Positions 56,649-64,000 of a stretch of 64,000 bases of DNA are shown here, piece by piece. Below the pieces are notes generated by a model, which saw only the letters and a program-made list of their open reading frames with translations, did no database searches and had not been told where the DNA came from. Location of the stretch: the NCBI GenBank assembly GCA_000165425.1, contig CT868666.1, forward strand, positions 1 to 64,000, written 5' to 3'. The first letter of the stretch is position 1; each line of letters opens with the position of its first letter. This DNA comes from Paramecium tetraurelia (taxonomy: Eukaryota). The translations under genes were made by a program, and so were the position numbers.

Positions 56649-57595
56649 TATTTAAAAATAAAAGATTTGTTATTAATAATATTATTTAACGATAATTATT
56701 AATAAAATTTAAACACCAATTAAACAATTAATTAAACAACTTATAATAATTTATTATAATATTTGTTATATAATTCATATTTAAATGACTTGTTAAATTG
56801 TTATCTCTGATATCTTAATCATTTTATTAAAATCCATTTTTGAGTTTCATTTCTATCCTTAATTCAGTAAACATTTCTTAGATCTCATAGGATCTATTAA
56901 AAGAACCTACCCTTTTTTTGTTAGATCATATATCTGAATTAACTAGAATTCAATTAATTGCATACTTAATTATTCTAAAATTAATTGTGCGTGCATATAA
57001 TCTTTGAATGTAACTATATTTTTAGAATGATATAGCATACTCATACATTTGCTCAACAGCTAAGAGGCTCTGATCTTAGAAGATGGAGATTGAAGGTTTT
57101 AAATGATATCATGAAGTATAAGTTGTTATCTCTTAGTATTTTTATTTGATAATAGTTTTAACTCGCTCGATTATAAAACTCGCTTTTATACATATCTGAT
57201 CCGTTAGTATAAATATTATGACCATTATGTTAAATGGATTTTGAGAGAAAATCACAAGAAAAAGTTTATCTGTGCTTAACAATTGTATTTTTAGTGAATA
57301 ATTACTCTCATATTTTGAAAGATATATAACTAGAATTCTAAAATAAGTAATTTTTATAATAAAATTTCTCTAAATTACATGAACTTTATCCCAATTCTTA
57401 TAGAGATTTATTAATATGCAAGCATTTTGAATATTCACAATATGCTTAATTTTTTTCCTATAAGATATTACAGTTAGATTATTATCAATTTGATTTTATC
57501 TTCTACCATCTTGATATTGTTTGTGTAAAATTAGAAAACAAACTATTTTCATGATTTTTAGATGAGAATTAGATGTATTAAATATAATAAATATT

Positions 57596-58969
57596 ATGGC
57601 AGAATAGGCAAATATTGGAAATCTAATATTCATGTGTATCATCACAGTTTCCTATTCAGGTGCCATAGGATTGTGTAGAACAGTGATATTTTCCACGATC
57701 TTGAAGATAGATGACTCAGTAATCAACTCGGTCTCACTTGGGATATTCACACTCATTTTTCTATTTGGCCCTTTTTCATTGCCTTTATATCAGAGAATTA
57801 TCTACAAATTCACCTATAAGTACTATTTCTCTATTTGAAATAGAGCAGTATTTTGCATAACAAGTCTAGTGAATGTTATCAGTACAACACTCTACATCAT
57901 TATTATTGAGTAGCAACCTAAGCAGATTTATTTGATCATTGCTATATTGCTCTTTGAAGCAATAGCAGCTCCATTTCTGGCCATCTTTTATTGTGCATAC
58001 AATTATTATGTTCGTAGCATTTCCAACTCAAAAAATATTGGCATCTACTTTGGAATTGCCTACTCATTATTCAGTATGTAGAATTTCATTGGTGATATCT
58101 ATATCACCTTCGCCAACTCAATGTATGAATATAACGAATATTTCTACTATCCAATGTTATTCATATCCTTGATCATATCCATGTTATATCTTTTTATCAA
58201 AGAACCTAAATTTGGAAATAAATCAAATTCTTCCCAAAGCATCGATTTGCATCAAAGGATCAATCAACACATTTATGGCTCGTAAGAAGAATAGAATCTC
58301 CTATAGAGAGAGGATGATCCATCATACTCAAATTAATTCATTTAGATTTGGACTGTCTACAAAAAGGATCCACTCTTTATCTATATCATCCCAACAATCA
58401 TTTCCTTAGGAATATTCTCAGCCTTTAATGTTGTTTACTCACAAGATATGATTGTGCCTCATTATAGCATGTAATTGAATCAAGAACTTATTGCTGGGTT
58501 AACACTCCATGGAATTGGCCAATTCCTGGGTGGAATCACTGTGGGATTGATCTCTGATATATATGGATACCTGAATTTACTAATTATACTTTAGATTTTT
58601 GCCATTCTTACTTACATAATTTCAGTAAATTTATAATATTAAATAAGGATTGTTGGTGAAACAACCTAGGTGAATAACACCTTATTTTACATTTTTGATT
58701 TCATGTCTGGATTACTAATCTCATCCTCATAAGTGCTAACATTTGCCATCTCTGGATCACAATACCACCACAACAAAAATGTACTCTAATTTTGTAATTG
58801 GATTTATTGCGTGACATTTTATCTATTTACCATTTTCATGAGTTTGACCTCCTCCTCCAATTTAACCTTAGGTGTCATTTCATTTAGTTCTTTCATAATA
58901 TTATATTCCATCCTAAATTTTGCTTGCTTGTGGTTCCACAGGAGATAGTATCTGATTGATTTACAATGA
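57596..58969 (+). CDS. Major facilitator superfamily (UNC-93-like) membrane protein
   Basis: Roughly 6+6 hydrophobic helices and GIGQFLGGITVGLISDIYG motif. Introns near 57820 and 58625. Confidence 0.75.
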
Positions 58970-59064
58970 ATATTTAATTAAAATTATTCATATATCTAAT
59001 TTAATCGCCCCATATATTCCCTTACTAAATGAATAAATTAATTAATAATATATCTAAAAAATAA

Positions 59065-59494
59065 ATGTACTCTTGCATTTCCATTAATTCAAAAGATAGT
59101 ATTGAAGAATTCTTATCATTATACCATTGTAAAGACTCTAATAAAAAAATCCTATTAAAAAAAGAAAGAGAAATAGTTAAATACCTCAAATCACTAGGCC
59201 TCTAGATGAAAACAGATCCACTAATGAAATTGTAACAGAAGAATAAGTATTCAATTACATTTATTTAGCCCAATATTCCAATGTGATAACTCCTTTGAAT
59301 ATGAAACAGTAATTGAGAAAAAGGAATTTGAAGACGACGATGATGACGATGAGAATGAGGAACTCGTTATAGCCAACAATCCCCTTTATAAAAAAAGGAC
59401 CAGCAAAAAACTAATAAGAGTTTTTTCTTTCGAGAAAAAAGATAACAACTCGTTTGGAGAAGATGAATAGAACTCACTTCTATAAATAACCTGA
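59065..59494 (+). CDS. Small hypothetical protein with acidic patch
   Basis: Open frame across a 22-nt intron, containing EDDDDDDENEE and NNPLYKKR. Confidence 0.6.
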
Positions 59495-61009
59495 TCCATG
59501 AGGTTTTTTTAATTTATTTAAACATTTATGAGCAGATTTAATTACTAGTTATTTTTATTATATTATAAAATATTATTAATAATAATTCTAATTGTTATTT
59601 ATTTTCGATTATTGACTTGATTAATAAATACATAAATAATTAAATACCTAAATAATATTGGTTTGATTGGGTCTTTGCTAAAAGATTATATATATTTCAG
59701 TAAGAATACAAAATTAGAAGTTTTTTAGGCAATTATCACCTGAATCACCATATCATCAAGCTACTGCTATTACAATAAATAGATAAATTATATAATCATT
59801 ACTTACTTGCTTATAATGATGGATTTATAAAATTATATTTTATTACTTATATAAAATTTAAATCTTAAAAATAGTCTGAAGTCTCTTTTATTCCAATTAC
59901 AAAAGATTTAACATTTTAGGGCAAAGACTTTTATTTTAAAAATTTGTTACAACAGAGTTATGAATGTTGCAATGGTGAAAATTTTTCCGACAGCCAATTT
60001 CCAAAGTTAAATACAATAATAATTTGAATTTTTTACTAATACAAAGATTCAAGCAAACTTTCCTTTGAAATCTATTTCCCCTTGCAAATTAGTATGAGCT
60101 TAAGTAATCATTAAATAATGAGGGTTTACCTCATTTTACCATATTTTTTGATAAATTGGATGATAAATTAGATAAATAAAGTAATTTTCATTTAATTTTG
60201 TTTTTGAAGGTTTTTCTAACCAGGCTGAATTTTGCTAACTAAAAATAAATTGAATTTATTGCTAATAAATTATTACACTCTACATTGATCCATAATTGTA
60301 TTTGTTTGGATAAGTAGCCTCAACTCTATTTTAATTCTCCATACAAAGTAGTAAACAAATCAGGTTCACTGCAATCTGAAATTAGATTGCATTCATTGAT
60401 ATTTAACAAATAAGTTGATAATGGTGCTAAAATTTAGTTCATAACTAGTATATAAGGTATCTTAGAATTTTGTTATTTATCATTTTGATATTAACATTAA
60501 AGTTATGAGAAATCCAATAAAATAAACCTTCATCATCATTACCTATTTCAAAGGGATAATAACTTACATCAGTTCATTTGATTCTTTATTTATAGAAAGA
60601 TTTTATGATTGGAATCATATTTCTCCTAAATACATTCTCTATTTTCACGTGTTTTTTATTATTAAAAATGCAATTAGAAATTCAAAAATTTACAACCTTA
60701 ACAAAATATACTTTATGAATAAAAGCAATATATAATTTATATATGAATTAATTCTATTGACTATTTATTTTTATTTCGTTTTTTTGTATTAGGCCATCTA
60801 AAATTGATTATATATTTTCAAATAATTTCAATAGTGGTTATATCATGAGGACATAGACTTGCAATAGAGATATTATCATATCGATGTGATTGCATATATA
60901 AATTTCTCTATAGAGAAGGACAATTATTTGGTTTTTATAAAAAAAGCGTAGAGTATAATTAATATATGAGATTAGATTGTTTTATAGAATATTATATTTT
61001 GCATATTGG

Positions 61010-62654
61010 ATGAGTTTGGCCTTTGAGAGACTGAGGAAATAGGATTTGTTGCTATCAGCAGTGCTATACGAGAAAATCCCCAAAGAGCAGTTAATTCAGC
61101 ACTTGAGTCAAGTAAGAGGTGAACAATTTGATTTGATCGACTCTTGGGCATACGAGACATTAGAGGGGGAAGTGAAGGTGATGGTAGAGAAAAAGCACGA
61201 GGAATTCAGGAGAGTAAGGTATGAATATCAGATAGACCAAGAACGATGAGTATAGATGAGGAAATCCTAATCAAACCAAATGTGATGATCAATGATGAAA
61301 AGAATTACAGAGAGACAATCCAATGTAAACAATTGCCTCCGAATAGAATTGTACTGTACTATGATCAGAATCCTCAAGTTATCATGTAACCTAGGATCGC
61401 AGAATATAAGATAATTGAAGGTAGTACATTCACACCAAATTATGTGAATTATTGTGTAGTTGTGGGACAATTTGGTTCCAATGTGTGGAGAAGAGTCGAG
61501 CACTTTTATTGGTTATAAGAGTCATTGCAGCAATAATATCCAGATAGTTTGATACCACCACTCCCTGCTAAAACTTTATTCCGAAAATTCACACCTGAAC
61601 ACATTTCCAAGAGAACCAAAATGTTAGAATAATTCTTGGGTGCCATTCTTAACAATCATTTATTGAGATAATCAGACTTCATTGAAGGCTTTTTGTTTAT
61701 AGATGATGATATCAAATTTAAACAATTATTAGCTTCTTCATCTGTGTTGAAATAACCAACCAAATATAGTGATTATGTCAATCAAGAAGGTTAGGTCATT
61801 TTGGAATTCAATCCTATGATGGATAAGTATTTCATGGATATCAATACGTAATAATAATATTTATCAATAGTTACATGTTAAACACTAATGATATCTACAA
61901 GGAGTTAACACAAAATTCTAGATTCATGGTTAATTCCATGAAGGATTTCATTATCAAAGTCAAGAATTTGGCTGGGAGCATTGGGTCATTGAAGGAAGCC
62001 ACAAAATCCTTCAATTTAAAAAATATTGTTGGTAGTCTTCCTTTATTGGAATTCGTTTATACTCTACTGGAGGAATATTTCATCGATTGGAGCACCAATT
62101 TAAATAAATTGGCCAACACCTTAAATGAAAATCTATATGAATTCTTCAGATTCCAAAGGGATATGTAAAATCAATGTGTAGAACTCATTTCCAATAGAAA
62201 TAAAGCCCAGTGTAAATACCTAAAGGAGTACTAGGATTTGATGAAGAAGAAACACAAATACTTTACTAGCGAACCAATAGAGAAGTGGGAGATGGTTACT
62301 GAAATGGATAAGATAAAGATCAAATAGAATTAGGTACTCTCCTATCATTTCATGTTGCCCAAAGAAACCCAAGAAGTTGAAGGATTGAAGATGAGATTCG
62401 CGTACATCAATAGACAAGCATACCAATAGATCACTTAGTACTTTGATAATAAGGGCATTTCTTATACTACGAGAATGTGCAATATGAGTATACGGAAGAA
62501 GGAGAATGCTGCATAACATACTCAATTTGTGGAAATGATAGCTTCACAATTCATGTAGATAGTGGCTATGAGGAATGGTGAAATTCCAAATTTGAAACAG
62601 GAATGGATAGATTAATACTTAAATCCTCTTAGAATCAGTTGTATTATTAGGTGA
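61010..62654 (+). CDS. Sorting nexin (PX plus BAR-like domain)
   Basis: VWRRVEHFYWLQESLQQQYPDSLIPPLPAK..SKRTKMLEQFL followed by a helical region. Introns 61219-61241 and near 61848-61870. Confidence 0.85.
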
Positions 62655-62690
62655 TAATTTGGAGACAATTATGTTATAATCATATATTAA

Positions 62691-63742
62691 TCATTATAAT
62701 CTCATTATGGCCACATCTGTACATTCTTCAAATTTGGCATTCGAATATTAAACCATCCCTTTCTTATAAATAAAGGTGCCATCACTCAATCCTATCAATC
62801 CATCCAAACCATTCAATGTATTTATTAATAAATGTTGATAATTCTTGGCATCTGACTGATTCATTATTTTATAATCATTTTCATCAATTTTCTTATTTCT
62901 TTCAATGAGTTTGATTTCTACCTCCACAGGATCCTTGTAGTAAAGAAAAGCTATTTGTTAAGCTTTCTTTAGAATCTACACCAAGATTTTCGTATAGATA
63001 CTCACACTTTCAGGCAAAGCATTACCAACAAATTTTGATTCATTACTCATAGTCGAAATAACTAAAAAGAATCTAAACACAAGTATTAATTAAAACATAC
63101 CCAAAAATAAACCCTGTGATGAGGATGATAATCATTTCAAAGAAATCAATGTCAAAGCAAGTGATAAATAATTGGAAAACAATCAAGCCACTTGTTAAAA
63201 TGTATAATGATTGTTGATGCAATTGCAGATCCTTCTCATTATTTGCTGATAGGACGCTTAAAAATTAAGCCAGCACCTATCCTCCAAAGGTGAATATGAT
63301 CATCAGAGCTACATTCATATTATTCACGGCTTTTATGCAGGCAAATAAAAAGTAGAATAGAATAACAAATAATGCATAGAGCAATGAATTCTCTGTGCTA
63401 AGAGACAACATCGATATTAATAGGAGTGCTCCCAAAAACAAATATAGAAAATATCCATTCTGATTAAAGAATGAGTTCATCGATTCAAATTCAATCTAGT
63501 TAGTATAAATATTCTACTAAATTAAACAACGCAATGAAATAGCATAGGAGCATCATAAAGTAGAGCTTTGTTAAATGATGCAAGTGTTCTGATGAATTTG
63601 AATTAGTATTCTCTTATTCTAGTTGTTAGTGATTATATTGCTAATTCTGATTAACCTACATGGATTATCCTATTCTTGGAGATATCACATATCTGGATTG
63701 AGCATTCGGTATAAACGCATTGGGAGTTTAACTGCTAAACAT
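62691..63742 (-). CDS. Multi-TM protein, Bax inhibitor-1/TMBIM-like
   Basis: HLTKLYFMMLL start of a 6-7 TM bundle ending ESVSIYTKIL. Two small introns. Confidence 0.55.
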
Positions 63743-63775
63743 TAATTATATGTGAAATTATTTATTTTATAAATC

Positions 63776-64000
63776 TCATTTGAAGTTTTGAGCATACCAT
63801 TTCTTGGTAAACTCATCGCAATCAAGCAACTAGAATTTCCAACCGTTTATGACAACCTCATTCCCAACTATAAGATCATTTGGAGTGAAGAACTCATTGT
63901 TGTTATTGACATTTTTGTACTTCCTCTTTTCCAAGAACTTCCCATCAGGTATTCCTAATAAGAATTAGAACATCACATACCTGAGTTTCGCACTGTGGGT
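63776..64000 (-). CDS. 3' end of a DM10-domain ciliary protein (EFHC/RIB72-like), partial
   Basis: NSGIPDGKFLEKRKYK..FFTPNDLIVGNEVVINGWKFQLLDCDEFTKKWY is a typical DM10 C-terminus. 26-nt intron. Confidence 0.85.

Noticed and set aside
56780..57560. Coding-like stretch between OSBP and the MFS gene
   Set aside because: Long frames arise by chance with a single stop codon, and no motif supports it
59700..60700. Degenerate coding-like remnant
   Set aside because: Multiple TGA in the frames examined and no recognisable family
61200..61260. Apparent frameshift in the sorting nexin
   Set aside because: Resolved by a 23-nt GT..AG intron at 61219-61241

Overview
AT-rich, very gene-dense ciliate DNA, almost certainly Paramecium macronuclear genome (probably P. 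tetraurelia or a close relative). TAA/TAG read as Gln, TGA is the only stop, and introns are 20-34 nt GT..AG. The supplied standard-code ORF track therefore fragments or misses most genes, so I retranslated by hand with table 6. About 40 genes are supportable. Recognisable ones are ER Hsp70 (BiP), ARF, a sterol-desaturase-family enzyme, DUSP, two kinases, asparaginase-ankyrin, Romo1/Mgr2, Vps8, cystathionine gamma-lyase, a Kelch protein, truncated globin, OSBP, an MFS protein, a sorting nexin, a BI-1-like protein and a DM10 protein. Two decayed pentapeptide/WD40 genes lie at the left end. The most interesting items are (1) a three-member family of ~404-aa pseudokinase-like proteins with a recent mosaic duplication, (2) a secreted Gly/Gln silk-like repeat protein with a ZP-like module, polybasic cleavage site and GPI-like tail, (3) a PHTF/7TM-ion-channel-like gene and (4) a DEG/ENaC-like two-TM protein. 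Several conserved genes carry isolated +1 or garbled lesions that are most likely assembly errors. No RNA genes, telomeric repeats or transposons were recognised. All family calls come from motif recognition by eye, not from database searches.
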